Below, one piece after another: positions 10,001 through 23,627 of a stretch of 64,000 bases of DNA. Source of the DNA: Eledone cirrhosa (lineage: Eukaryota); NCBI GenBank assembly GCA_964016885.1, contig OZ024756.1, positions 1,612,001 to 1,676,000 on the forward strand, given 5' to 3'. The first letter of the stretch is position 1; every line of letters starts with the position of its first letter. The notes beneath the pieces are model-generated. The model was not told the DNA's origin. It saw only the letters and a list, made by a program, of their open reading frames with translations, and did no database searches. The translations under genes were made by a program, and so were the position numbers.

Positions 10001-12699
10001 CAGTTCATCTATGAAGTGTGCAGTGTCAGTGATCTGGTCCTCTGTCTTGCTGTCTTCAGTTCATCTATGAAGTGTGCAGTGTCAGTGATCTGGTCCTCTG
10101 TCTTGCTGTCTTCAGTTCATCTATGAAGTGTGCAGTGTCAGTGATCTGGTCCTCTGTCTTCCTGTCTTCAGTTCATCTATGAAGTGTGCAGTGTCAGTGA
10201 TCTGGTCCTCTGTCTTGCTGTCTTCAGTTCATATATGAAGTGTGCAGTGTCAGTGATCTGGTCCTCTGTCTTGCTGTCTTCAGTACATCTATGAAGTGTG
10301 CAGTGTCAGTGATCTGGTCCTCTCTGTTGCTGTCTTCAGTACATCTATGAAGTGTGCAGTGTCAGTGATCTGGTCCTCTGTTTTGCTGTCTTCAGTTCAT
10401 CTATGAAGTGTGCAGTGTCAGTGATCTGGTCCCCTGTCTTGCTGTCTTCAGTTCATCTATGAAGTGTGCAATGTCAGTGATCTGGTCCTCTGTCTTGCTG
10501 TTTTCAGTTCATCTATGAAGTGTGCAGTGTCAGTGATCTGGTCCTCTGTCTTGCTGTCTTCAGTTCATCAATGAAGTGTGCAGTGTCAGTGATCTGGTCC
10601 TCTGTCTTGCTGTCTTCAGTACATCTATGAAGTGTGCAGTGTCAGTGATCTGGTCCTCTGTCTTGCTGTCTTCAGTTCATCTATGAAATGTGCAGTGTCA
10701 GTGATCTGGTCCTCTGTCTTGCTGTCTTCAGTACATCTATGAAGTGTGCAGTGCCAGTGATCTAGTCCTCTGTCTTGCTGTCTTCAGTTCATCTATGAAG
10801 TGTGCAGTGTCAGTGATCTTGTCCGCTGTCTTGCCGTCTTCAGTACATCTATGAATTGTGCAGTGTCAGTGATCTCGTCCTCTGTCTTGCTGTCTTCAGT
10901 ACATCAATGAAGTGTGCAGTGTCAGTGATCTCGTCCTCTGTCTTGCTGTCTTCAGTACATCTATGAAGTGTGCAGTGTCAGTGATCTCGTCCTCTGTCTT
11001 GCTGTCTTCAGTACATCTATGAGTTGTGCAGTGTCAGTGATCTGGTCCTCTGTCTTGCTGTCTTCAGTACATCTATGAAGTGTGCAGTGTCAGTGATCTG
11101 GTCCTCTATCTTGCTGTCTTCAGTACATTTATGAAGTGTGCAGTGTCAGTGATCTGGTCCTCTGTCTTGCTGTCTTCAGTACATCTATGAAGTGTGCAGT
11201 GTCAGTGATCAGGTCCTCTGTCTTGCTGTCTTCAGTTCATCTATGAAGTGTGCAGTGTCAGTGATCAGGTCCTCTGTCTTGCTGTCTTCAGTACATCTAT
11301 GAAGTGTGCAGTGTCAGTGATCTAGTCCTCTGTCTTGCTGTCTTCAGTTCATCTATGAAGTGTGCAGTGTCAGTGATCTTGTCCGCTGTCTTGCCGTCTT
11401 CAGTACATCAATGAAGTGTGCAGTGTCAGTGATCTCGTCCTCTGTCTTGCTGTCTTCAGTACATCTATGAAGTGTGCAGTGTCAGTGATCTCGTCCTCTG
11501 TCTTGCTGTCTTCAGTACATCTATGAGGTGTGCAGTGTCAGTGATCTGGTCCTCTGTCTTGCTGTCTTCAGTACATCTATGAAGTGTGCAGTGTCAGTGA
11601 TCTGGTCCTCTATCTTGCTGTCTTCAGTACATCTATGAAGTGTGCAGTGTCAGTGATCTGGTCCTCTGTCTTGCTGTCTTCAGTACATCTATGAAGTGTG
11701 CAGTGTCAGTGATCTGGTCCTCTGTCTTGTTGTCTTCAGTTCATCTATGAAGTGTGCAGTGTCAGTGATCTGGTCCTCTGTCTTGCTGTCTTCAGTTCAT
11801 CTATGAAGTGTGTAGTGTCAGTGATCTGGTCCTCTATCTTGCTGTCTTCAGTACATCTATGAAGTGTGCAGTGTCAGTGATCAGGTTCTCTGTCTTGCTG
11901 TCTTCAGTACATCTATGAAGTGTGCAGTGTCAGTGATCTGGTCCTCTGTCTTGCTGTCTTCAGTACATCTATGAAGTGTGCAGTGTCAGTGATCTGGTCC
12001 TCTGTCTTGCTGTCTTCAGTACATCTATGAAGTCTGCAGTGTCAGTGATCTGGTCCTCTGTCTTGCTGTCTTCAGTTCATCTATGAAGTGTGCAGTGTCA
12101 GTGATCTGGTCCTCTGTCTTGCTGTCTTCAGTACATCTATGAAGTGTGCAGTGTCAGTGATCTGGTCCTCTGTCTTGCTGTCTTCAGTACATCTATGAAG
12201 TGTGCAGTGTCAGTGATCTGGTCCTCTGTCTTGTTGTCTTCAGTTCATCTATGAAGTGTGCAGTGTCAGTGATCTGGTCCTCTGTCTTGCTGTCTTCAGT
12301 TCATCTATGAAGTGTGCAGTGTCAGTGATCTGGTCCTCTGTCTTGTTGTCTTCAGTTCATCTATGAAGTGTGCAGTGTCAGTGATCTGGTCCTCTGTCTT
12401 GCTGTCTTCAGTACATCTATGAAGTGTGCAGTGTCAGTGATCTGGTCCTCTGTCTTGTTGTCTTCAGTTCATCTATGAAGTGTGCAGTGTCAGTGATCTG
12501 GTCCTCTGTCTTGCTGTCTTCAGTACATCTATGAAGTGTGCAGTGTCAGTGATCTGGTCCTCTGTCTTGCTGTCTTCAGTACATCTATGAAGTGTGCAGT
12601 GTCAGTGATCTGGTCCTCTGTCTTTTTGTCTTCAGTTCATCTATGAAGTGTGCAGTGTCAGTGATCTGGTCCTCTGTCTTGCTGTCTTCAGTTCATCTA

Positions 12700-15480
12700 T
12701 GAAGTGTGCAGTGTCAGTGATCTGGTCCTCTGTCTTGCTGTCTTCAGTTCATCTATGAAGTGTGCAGTGTCAGTGATCTGGTCCTCTGTCTTGCTGTCTT
12801 CAGTACATCTATGAAGTGTGCAGTGTCAGTGATCTGGTCCTCTGTCTTGCTGTCTTCAGTACATCTATGAAGTGTGCAGTGTCAGTGATCTGGTCCTCTG
12901 TCTTGCTGTCTTCAGTTCATCTATGAAGTGTGCAGTGTCAGTGATCTGGTCCTCTATCTTGCTGTCTTCAGTACATCTATGTAGTGTGCAGTGTCAGTGA
13001 TCTGGTCCTCTGTCTTGCCTTCTTCAGTTCATCTATGAAGTGTGTAGTGTCAGTGATCTGGTCCTCTGTCTTGCTGTCTTCAGTACATCTATGAAGTGTG
13101 CAGTGTCAGTGATCTGGTCCTCTGTCTTGCTGTCTTCAGTACATCTATGAAGTGTGCCGTGTCAGTGATCAGCTCCTCTGTCTTGCTGTCTTCAGTTCAT
13201 CTATGATGTGTGCAGTGTCAGTGATCTGGTCCTCTGTCTTGCTGTCTTCAGTACATCTATGAAGTGTGCAGTGTCAGTGATCAGCTCCTCTGTCTTGCTG
13301 TCTTCAGTTCATCTATGATGTGTGCAGTGTCAGGGATCTGGTCCTCCGTCTTGCTGTCTTCAGTACATCTATGTAGTGTGCAATGTCAGTGATCTGGTCC
13401 TCTATCTTGCTGTCTTCAGTTCATCTATGAAGTGTGCAGTGTCAGTGATCTGGTCCTCTGTCTTGCTGTCTTCAGTTCATCTATGAAGTGTGCAGTGTCA
13501 GTGATCTGGTCCTCCGTCTTGCTGTCTTCAGTACATCTATGAAGTGTGCAGCGTCAGTGATCTGGTCCTCTGTCTTGCTGTTTTCAGTACATCTATGAAG
13601 GGTGCAGTGTCAGTGATCTGGTCCTCCGTCTTGCTGTCTTCAGTACATCTATTAAGTGTGCAGTGTCAGTGATCTGGCCCTCTGTCTTGCTGTCTTCAGT
13701 TCATCTATGAAGTGTGCAGTGTCAGTGATCTGGTCCTCTGTCTTGCTGTCTTCAGTACATCTATGAAGTGTGCAGTGTCAGTGATCTGGTCCTCCGTCTT
13801 GCTGTCTTCAGTACATCTATTAAGTGTGCAGTGTCAGTGATCTGGCCCTCTGTCTTGCTGTCTTCGGTTCATCTATGAAGTGTGCAGTGTCAGTGATCTG
13901 GTCCTCTGTCTTGCTGTCGTCAGTACATCTATGAAGTGTGCAGTGTCAGTGATCTGGTCCTCTGTCTTGCTGTCTTCAGTTCATCTATGAAGTGTGCAGT
14001 GTCAGTGATCTGGTCCTCTGTCTTGCTGTCTTCAGTTCATCTATGAAGTGTGCAGTGTCAGTGATCTGGTCCTCTGTGTTGCTGTCTTCAGTACATCTAT
14101 GAAGTGTGCAGTGTCAGTGATCTGGTCCTCTGTCTTGCTGTCTTCAGTTCATCTATGAAGTGTGCAGTGTCAGTGATCTGGTCCCCTGTCTTGCTGTCTT
14201 CAGTTCATCTATGAAGTGTGCAATGTCAGTGATCTGGTCCTCTGTCTTGCTGTCTTCAGTTCATCTATGAAGTGTGCAGTGTCAGTGATCTGGTCCTCTG
14301 TCTTGCTGTCTTCAGTTCATCTATGAAGTGTGCAGTGTCAGTGATCTGGTCCTCTGTCTTGCTGTCTTCAGTACATCTATGAAGTGTGCAGTGTCAGTGA
14401 TCTGGTCCTCTGTCTTGCTGTCTTCAGTACATCTATGAAGTGTGCAGTGTCAGTGATCTGGTCCTCTGTCTTGCTGTCTTCAGTTCATCTATGAAGTGTG
14501 CAGTGTCAGTGATCTGGTCCTCTATCTTGCTGTCTTCAGTACATCTATGTAGTGTGCAGTGTCAGTGATCTGGTCCTCTGTCTTGCCTTCTTCAGTTCAT
14601 CTATGAAGTGTGTAGTGTCAGTGATCTGGTCCTCTGTCTTGCTGTCTTCAGTACATCTATGAAGTGTGCAGTGTCAGTGATCTGGTCCTCTGTCTTGCTG
14701 TCTTCAGTACATCTATGAAGTGTGCCGTGTCAGTGATCAGCTCCTCTGTCTTGCTGTCTTCAGTTCATCTATGATGTGTGCAGTGTCAGTGATCTGGTCC
14801 TCTGTCTTGCTGTCTTCAGTACATCTATGAAGTGTGCAGTGTCAGTGATCAGCTCCTCTGTCTTGCTGTCTTCAGTTCATCTATGATGTGTGCAGTGTCA
14901 GGGATCTGGTCCTCCGTCTTGCTGTCTTCAGTACATCTATGTAGTGTGCAATGTCAGTGATCTGGTCCTCTATCTTGCTGTCTTCAGTTCATCTATGAAG
15001 TGTGCAGTGTCAGTGATCTGGTCCTCTGTCTTGCTGTCTTCAGTTCATCTATGAAGTGTGCAGTGTCAGTGATCTGGTCCTCCGTCTTGCTGTCTTCAGT
15101 ACATCTATGAAGTGTGCAGCGTCAGTGATCTGGTCCTCTGTCTTGCTGTTTTCAGTACATCTATGAAGGGTGCAGTGTCAGTGATCTGGTCCTCCGTCTT
15201 GCTGTCTTCAGTACATCTATTAAGTGTGCAGTGTCAGTGATCTGGCCCTCTGTCTTGCTGTCTTCAGTTCATCTATGAAGTGTGCAGTGTCAGTGATCTG
15301 GTCCTCTGTCTTGCTGTCTTCAGTACATCTATGAAGTGTGCAGTGTCAGTGATCTGGTCCTCCGTCTTGCTGTCTTCAGTACATCTATTAAGTGTGCAGT
15401 GTCAGTGATCTGGCCCTCTGTCTTGCTGTCTTCGGTTCATCTATGAAGTGTGCAGTGTCAGTGATCTGGTCCTCTGTCTT
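12700..15480. repeat. 28-monomer (1,568-bp) higher-order repeat, about 1.8 copies
   Basis: TGTCTTGCCTTC at 13011 and 14579. The following marker series (TGCCGT/CAGCTCC, CAGGGAT, GCAGCGT, GAAGGGT, TATTAAG, GGCCCTC, TTCGGT) repeats at the same 1568 offset. The same pair recurs at 57538/59106. Confidence 0.9.
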
Positions 15481-18400
15481 GCTGTCTTCAGTTCATCTAT
15501 GAAGTGTGCAGTGTCAGTGATCTGGTCCTCTATCTTGCTGTCTTCAGTACATCTATGTAGTGTGCAGTGTCAGTGATCTGGTCCTCTGTCTTGCCGTCTT
15601 CAGTTCATCTATGAAGTGTGTAGTGTTTAGTGATCTGGTCCTCTGTCTTGCTGTCTTCAGTACATCTATGAAGTGTGCAGTGTCAGTGATCAGGTCCTCT
15701 GTCTTGCTGTCTTAGGTTCATCTATGAAGTGTGCAGTGTCAGTGACCTCGTCCTCTGTCTTGCTGTCTTCAGTACATCTATGAAGTGTGCAGTGTCAGTG
15801 ATCAGCTCCTCTGTCTTGCTGTCTTCAGTTCATCTATGATGTGTGCAGTGTCAGTGATCTGGTCCTCCGTCTTGCTGTCTTCAGTACATCTATGTAGTGT
15901 GCAGTGTCAGTGATCTGGTCCTCTATCTTGCTGTCTTCAGTTCATCTATGAAGTGTGCAGTGTCAGTGATCTGGTCCTCTGTCTTGCTGTCTTCAGTTCA
16001 TCTATGAAGTGTGCAGTGTCAGTGATCTGGTCCTCCGTCTTGCTGTCTTCAGTTCATCTATGAAGTGTGCAGTGTCAGTGATCTGGTCCTCTATCTTGCT
16101 GTCTTCAGTACATCTATGTAGTGTGCAGTGTCAGTGATCTGGTCCTCTGTCTTGCCGTCTTCAGTTCATCTATGAAGTGTGTAGTGTCAGTGATCTGGTC
16201 CTCTGTCTTGCTGTCTTCAGTACATCTATGAAGTGTGCAGTGTCAGTGATCTGGCCCTCTGTCTTGCTGTCTTCAGTTCATCTATGAAGTGTGCAGTGTC
16301 AGTGATCTGGTCCTCTGTCTTGCTGTCTTCAGTTCATCTATGAAGTGTGCAGTGTCTGTGATCTGGTCCTCTGTCTTGCTGTCTTCAGTTCATCTATGAA
16401 GTGTGCAGTGTCAGTGATCTGGTCCTCTATCTTGCTGTCTTCAGTACATCTATGTAGTGTGCAGTGTCAGTGATCTGGTCCTCTGTCTTGCCGTCTTCAG
16501 TTCATCTATGAAGTGTGTAGTGTCAGTGATCTGGTCCTCTGTCTTGCTGTCTTCAGTACATCTATGAAGTGTGCAGTGTCAGTGATCAGGTCCTCTGTCT
16601 TGCTGTCTTAGGTTCATCTATGAAGTGTGCAGTGTCAGTGATCTCGTCCTCTGTCTTGCTGTCTTCAGTACATCTATGAAGTGTGCAGTGTCAGTGATCT
16701 CGTCCTCTGTCTTGCTGTCTTCAGTACATCTATGAGGTGTGCAGTGTCAGTGATCTGGTCCTCTGTCTTGCTGTCTTCAGTACATCTATGAAGTGTGCAG
16801 TGTCAGTGATCTGGTCCTCTGTCTTGCTGTCTTCAGTACATCTATGAAGTGTGCAGTGTCAGTGATCTGGTCCTCTGTCTTGCTGTCTTCAGTACATCTA
16901 TGAAGTGTGCCGTGTCAGTGATCAGCTCCTCTGTCTTGCTGTCTTCAGTTCATCTATGAAGTGTGCAGTGTCAGTGATCTGGTCCTCTATCTTGCTGTCT
17001 TCAGTACATCTATGTAGTGTGCAGTGTCAGTGATCTGGTCCTCTGTCTTGCCGTCTTCAGTTCATCTATGAAGTGTGTAGTGTTTAGTGATCTGGTCCTC
17101 TGTCTTGCTGTCTTCAGTACATCTATGAAGTGTGCAGTGTCAGTGATCAGGTCCTCTGTCTTGCTGTCTTAGGTTCATCTATGAAGTGTGCAGTGTCAGT
17201 GATATCGTCCTCTGTTTTGCTGTATTCAGTACATCTATGAAGTGTGCAGTGTCAGTGATCTGGTCCTCTGTCTTGCTGTCTTCAGTACATCTATGAAGTG
17301 TGCAGTGTCAGTGATCTGGTCCTCTGTCTTGCTGTCTTCAGTACATCTATGAAGTGTGCCGTGTCAGTGATCAGCTCCTCTGTCTTGCTGTCTTCAGTTC
17401 ATCTATGAAGTGTGCAGTGTCAGTGATCTGGTCCTCTATCTTGCTGTCTTCAGTACATCTATGTAGTGTGCAGTGTCAGTGATCTGGTCCTCTGTCTTGC
17501 CGTCTTTAGTTCATCTATGAAGTGTGTAGTGTTTAGTGATCTGGTCCTCTGTCTTGCTGTCTTCAGTACATCTATGAAGTGTGCAGTGTCAGTGATCAGG
17601 TCCTCTGTCTTGCTGTCTTAGGTTCATCTATGAAGTGTGCAGTGTCAGTGATATCGTCCTCTGTCTTGCTGTATTCAGTACATCTATGAAGTGTGCAGTG
17701 TCAGTGATCTCGTCCTCTGTCTTGCTGTCTTCAGTACATCTATGAAGTGTGCAGTGTCAGTGATCTGGTTCTCTGTCTTGCTGTCTTCAGTACATCTATG
17801 AAGTGTGCCGTGTCAGTGATCAGCTCCTCTGTCTTGCTGTCTTCAGTTCATCTATGATGTGTGCAGTGTCAGTGATCTGGTCCTCTGTCTTGCTGTCTTC
17901 AGTACATCTATGAAGTGTGCAGTGTCAGTGATCAGCTCCTCTGTCTTGCTGTCTTCAGTTCATCTATGATGTGTGCAGTGTCAGTGATCTGGTCCTCCGT
18001 CTTGCTGTCTTCAGTACATCTATGTAGTGTGCAGTGTCAGTGATCTGGTCCTCTGTCTTGCCGTCTTCAGTTCATCTATGAAGTGTGTAGTGTCAGTGAT
18101 CTGGTCCTCTGTCTTGCTGTCTTCAGTACATCTATGAAGTGTGCAGTGTCAGTGATCAGGTCCTCTGTCTTGCTGTCTTAGTTTCATCTATGAAGTGTGC
18201 AGTGTCAGTGATCTCGTCCTCTGTCTTGCTGTCTTCAGTTCATCTATGAAGTGTGTAGTGTCAGTGATCTGGTCCTCTGTCTTGCTGTCTTCAGTACATC
18301 TATGAAGTGTGCAGTGTCAGTGATCAGGTCCTCTGTCTTGCTGTCTTCAGTACATCTATGAAGTGTGCAGTGTCAGTGATCTTGTCCTCTGTCTTGCTGT

Positions 18401-21400
18401 CTTCAGTACATCTATGAAGTGTGCAGTGTCAGTGATCTGGTCCTCTGTCTTGCTGTCTTCAGTACATCTATGAAGTGTGCAGTGTCAGTGATCTGGTCCT
18501 CTGTCTTGCTGTCTTCAGTACATCTATGAAGTGTGCAGTGTCAGTGATCTGGACCTCTGTCTTGCTGTCTTCAGTACATCTATGAAGTGTGCAGTGTTAG
18601 TGATCTGGTCCTCTGTCTTGCTGTCTTCAGTTCATCTATGAAGTGTGCAGTGTCAGTGATCTGGTCCTCTGTCTTGCTGTCTTCAGTTCATCTATGAAGT
18701 GTGCAGTGTCAGTGATCTGGTCCTCTGTCTTGCTGTCTTCAGTACATCTATGAAGTGTGCAGTGTCAGTGATCTGGTCCTCTGTCTTGCTGTCTTCAGTA
18801 CATCTATGAAGTGTGCAGTGTCAGTGATCTGGTCCTCTGTCTTGTTGTCTTCAGTTCATCTATGAAGTGTGCAGTGTCAGTGATCTGGTCCTCCGTCTTG
18901 CTGTCTTCAGTTCATCTATGAAGTGTGCAGTGTCAGTGATCTGGTCCTCTATCTTGCTGTCTTCAGTACATCTATGTAGTGTGCAGTGTCAGTGATCTGG
19001 TCCTCTGTCTTGCCGTCTTCAGTTCATCTATGAAGTGTGTAGTGTCAGTGATCTGGTCCTCTGTCTTGCTGTCTTCAGTACATCTATGAAGTGTGCAGTG
19101 TCAGTGATCTGGCCCTCTGTCTTGCTGTCTTCAGTTCATCTATGAAGTGTGCAGTGTCAGTGATCTGGTCCTCTGTCTTGCTGTCTTCAGTTCATCTATG
19201 AAGTGTGCAGTGTCTGTGATCTGGTCCTCTGTCTTGCTGTCTTCAGTTCATCTATGATGTGTGCAGTGTCAGGGATCTGGTCCTCCGTCTTGCTGTCTTC
19301 AGTACATCTATGTAGTGTGCAATGTCAGTGATCTGGTCCTCTATCTTGCTGTCTTCAGTTCATCTATGAAGTGTGCAGTGTCAGTGATCTGGTCCTCTGT
19401 CTTGCTGTCTTCAGTTCATCTATGAAGTGTGCAGTGTCAGTGATCTGGTCCTCCGTCTTGCTGTCTTCAGTACATCTATGAAGTGTGCAGCGTCAGTGAT
19501 CTGGTCCTCTGTCTTGCTGTTTTCAGTACATCTATGAAGGGTGCAGTGTCAGTGATCTGGTCCTCCGTCTTGCTGTCTTCAGTACATCTATTAAGTGTGC
19601 AGTGTCAGTGATCTGGCCCTCTGTCTTGCTGTCTTCAGTTCATCTATGAAGTGTGCAGTGTCAGTGATCTGGTCCTCTGTCTTGCTGTCTTCAGTACATC
19701 TATGAAGTGTGCAGTGTCAGTGATCTGGTCCTCCGTCTTGCTGTCTTCAGTACATCTATTAAGTGTGCAGTGTCAGTGATCTGGCCCTCTGTCTTGCTGT
19801 CTTCGGTTCATCTATGAAGTGTGCAGTGTCAGTGATCTGGTCCTCTGTCTTGCTGTCTTCAGTTCATCTATGAAGTGTGCAGTGTCAGTGATCTGGTCCT
19901 CTATCTTGCTGTCTTCAGTACATCTATGTAGTGTGCAGTGTCAGTGATCTGGTCCTCTGTCTTGCCGTCTTCAGTTCATCTATGAAGTGTGTAGTGTTTA
20001 GTGATCTGGTCCTCTGTCTTGCTGTCTTCAGTACATCTATGAAGTGTGCAGTGTCAGTGATCAGGTCCTCTGTCTTGCTGTCTTAGGTTCATCTATGAAG
20101 TGTGCAGTGTCAGTGACCTCGTCCTCTGTCTTGCTGTCTTCAGTACATCTATGAAGTGTGCAGTGTCAGTGATCAGCTCCTCTGTCTTGCTGTCTTCAGT
20201 TCATCTATGATGTGTGCAGTGTCAGTGATCTGGTCCTCCGTCTTGCTGTCTTCAGTACATCTATGTAGTGTGCAGTGTCAGTGATCTGGTCCTCTATCTT
20301 GCTGTCTTCAGTTCATCTATGAAGTGTGCAGTGTCAGTGATCTGGTCCTCTGTCTTGCTGTCTTCAGTTCATCTATGAAGTGTGCAGTGTCAGTGATCTG
20401 GTCCTCCGTCTTGCTGTCTTCAGTTCATCTATGAAGTGTGCAGTGTCAGTGATCTGGTCCTCTATCTTGCTGTCTTCAGTACATCTATGTAGTGTGCAGT
20501 GTCAGTGATCTGGTCCTCTGTCTTGCCGTCTTCAGTTCATCTATGAAGTGTGTAGTGTCAGTGATCTGGTCCTCTGTCTTGCTGTCTTCAGTACATCTAT
20601 GAAGTGTGCAGTGTCAGTGATCTGGCCCTCTGTCTTGCTGTCTTCAGTTCATCTATGAAGTGTGCAGTGTCAGTGATCTGGTCCTCTGTCTTGCTGTCTT
20701 CAGTTCATCTATGAAGTGTGCAGTGTCTGTGATCTGGTCCTCTGTCTTGCTGTCTTCAGTTCATCTATGAAGTGTGCAGTGTCAGTGATCTGGTCCTCTA
20801 TCTTGCTGTCTTCAGTACATCTATGTAGTGTGCAGTGTCAGTGATCTGGTCCTCTGTCTTGCCGTCTTCAGTTCATCTATGAAGTGTGTAGTGTCAGTGA
20901 TCTGGTCCTCTGTCTTGCTGTCTTCAGTACATCTATGAAGTGTGCAGTGTCAGTGATCAGGTCCTCTGTCTTGCTGTCTTAGGTTCATCTATGAAGTGTG
21001 CAGTGTCAGTGATCTCGTCCTCTGTCTTGCTGTCTTCAGTACATCTATGAAGTGTGCAGTGTCAGTGATCTCGTCCTCTGTCTTGCTGTCTTCAGTACAT
21101 CTATGAGGTGTGCAGTGTCAGTGATCTGGTCCTCTGTCTTGCTGTCTTCAGTACATCTATGAAGTGTGCAGTGTCAGTGATCTGGTCCTCTGTCTTGCTG
21201 TCTTCAGTACATCTATGAAGTGTGCAGTGTCAGTGATCTGGTCCTCTGTCTTGCTGTCTTCAGTACATCTATGAAGTGTGCCGTGTCAGTGATCAGCTCC
21301 TCTGTCTTGCTGTCTTCAGTTCATCTATGAAGTGTGCAGTGTCAGTGATCTGGTCCTCTATCTTGCTGTCTTCAGTACATCTATGTAGTGTGCAGTGTCA

Positions 21401-23627
21401 GTGATCTGGTCCTCTGTCTTGCCGTCTTCAGTTCATCTATGAAGTGTGTAGTGTTTAGTGATCTGGTCCTCTGTCTTGCTGTCTTCAGTACATCTATGAA
21501 GTGTGCAGTGTCAGTGATCAGGTCCTCTGTCTTGCTGTCTTAGGTTCATCTATGAAGTGTGCAGTGTCAGTGATATCGTCCTCTGTTTTGCTGTATTCAG
21601 TACATCTATGAAGTGTGCAGTGTCAGTGATCTGGTCCTCTGTCTTGCTGTCTTCAGTACATCTATGAAGTGTGCAGTGTCAGTGATCTGGTCCTCTGTCT
21701 TGCTGTCTTCAGTACATCTATGAAGTGTGCCGTGTCAGTGATCAGCTCCTCTGTCTTGCTGTCTTCAGTTCATCTATGAAGTGTGCAGTGTCAGTGATCT
21801 GGTCCTCTATCTTGCTGTCTTCAGTACATCTATGTAGTGTGCAGTGTCAGTGATCTGGTCCTCTGTCTTGCCGTCTTTAGTTCATCTATGAAGTGTGTAG
21901 TGTTTAGTGATCTGGTCCTCTGTCTTGCTGTCTTCAGTACATCTATGAAGTGTGCAGTGTCAGTGATCAGGTCCTCTGTCTTGCTGTCTTAGGTTCATCT
22001 ATGAAGTGTGCAGTGTCAGTGATATCGTCCTCTGTCTTGCTGTATTCAGTACATCTATGAAGTGTGCAGTGTCAGTGATCTCGTCCTCTGTCTTGCTGTC
22101 TTCAGTACATCTATGAAGTGTGCAGTGTCAGTGATCTGGTTCTCTGTCTTGCTGTCTTCAGTACATCTATGAAGTGTGCCGTGTCAGTGATCAGCTCCTC
22201 TGTCTTGCTGTCTTCAGTTCATCTATGATGTGTGCAGTGTCAGTGATCTGGTCCTCTGTCTTGCTGTCTTCAGTACATCTATGAAGTGTGCAGTGTCAGT
22301 GATCAGCTCCTCTGTCTTGCTGTCTTCAGTTCATCTATGATGTGTGCAGTGTCAGTGATCTGGTCCTCCGTCTTGCTGTCTTCAGTACATCTATGTAGTG
22401 TGCAGTGTCAGTGATCTGGTCCTCTGTCTTGCCGTCTTCAGTTCATCTATGAAGTGTGTAGTGTCAGTGATCTGGTCCTCTGTCTTGCTGTCTTCAGTAC
22501 ATCTATGAAGTGTGCAGTGTCAGTGATCAGGTCCTCTGTCTTGCTGTCTTAGTTTCATCTATGAAGTGTGCAGTGTCAGTGATCTCGTCCTCTGTCTTGC
22601 TGTCTTCAGTTCATCTATGAAGTGTGTAGTGTCAGTGATCTGGTCCTCTGTCTTGCTGTCTTCAGTACATCTATGAAGTGTGCAGTGTCAGTGATCAGGT
22701 CCTCTGTCTTGCTGTCTTCAGTACATCTATGAAGTGTGCAGTGTCAGTGATCTTGTCCTCTGTCTTGCTGTCTTCAGTACATCTATGAAGTGTGCAGTGT
22801 CAGTGATCTGGTCCTCTGTCTTGCTGTCTTCAGTACATCTATGAAGTGTGCAGTGTCAGTGATCTGGTCCTCTGTCTTGCTGTCTTCAGTACATCTATGA
22901 AGTGTGCAGTGTCAGTGATCTGGACCTCTGTCTTGCTGTCTTCAGTACATCTATGAAGTGTGCAGTGTTAGTGATCTGGTCCTCTGTCTTGCTGTCTTCA
23001 GTTCATCTATGAAGTGTGCAGTGTCAGTGATCTGGTCCTCTGTCTTGCTGTCTTCAGTTCATCTATGAAGTGTGCAGTGTCAGTGATCTGGTCCTCTGTC
23101 TTGCTGTCTTCAGTACATCTATGAAGTGTGCAGTGTCAGTGATCTGGTCCTCTGTCTTGCTGTCTTCAGTACATCTATGAAGTGTGCAGTGTCAGTGATC
23201 TGGTCCTCTGTCTTGTTGTCTTCAGTTCATCTATGAAGTGTGCAGTGTCAGTGATCTGGTCCTCCGTCTTGCTGTCTTCAGTTCATCTATGAAGTGTGCA
23301 GTGTCAGTGATCTGGTCCTCTATCTTGCTGTCTTCAGTACATCTATGTAGTGTGCAGTGTCAGTGATCTGGTCCTCTGTCTTGCCGTCTTCAGTTCATCT
23401 ATGAAGTGTGTAGTGTCAGTGATCTGGTCCTCTGTCTTGCTGTCTTCAGTACATCTATGAAGTGTGCAGTGTCAGTGATCTGGCCCTCTGTCTTGCTGTC
23501 TTCAGTTCATCTATGAAGTGTGCAGTGTCAGTGATCTGGTCCTCTGTCTTGCTGTCTTCAGTTCATCTATGAAGTGTGCAGTGTCTGTGATCTGGTCCTC
23601 TGTCTTGCTGTCTTCAGTTCATCTATG
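14856..23627. repeat. Near-perfect tandem duplication of a 78-monomer, 4,371-bp block
   Basis: Offset 4371 (78x56+3 insertions) for GGGATC 14901/19272, +1 insertions 15626/19997, 17081/21452 and 17531/21902, GGACCTC 18551/22922, and TGTCTGTGA 19211/23582. Confidence 0.93.
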
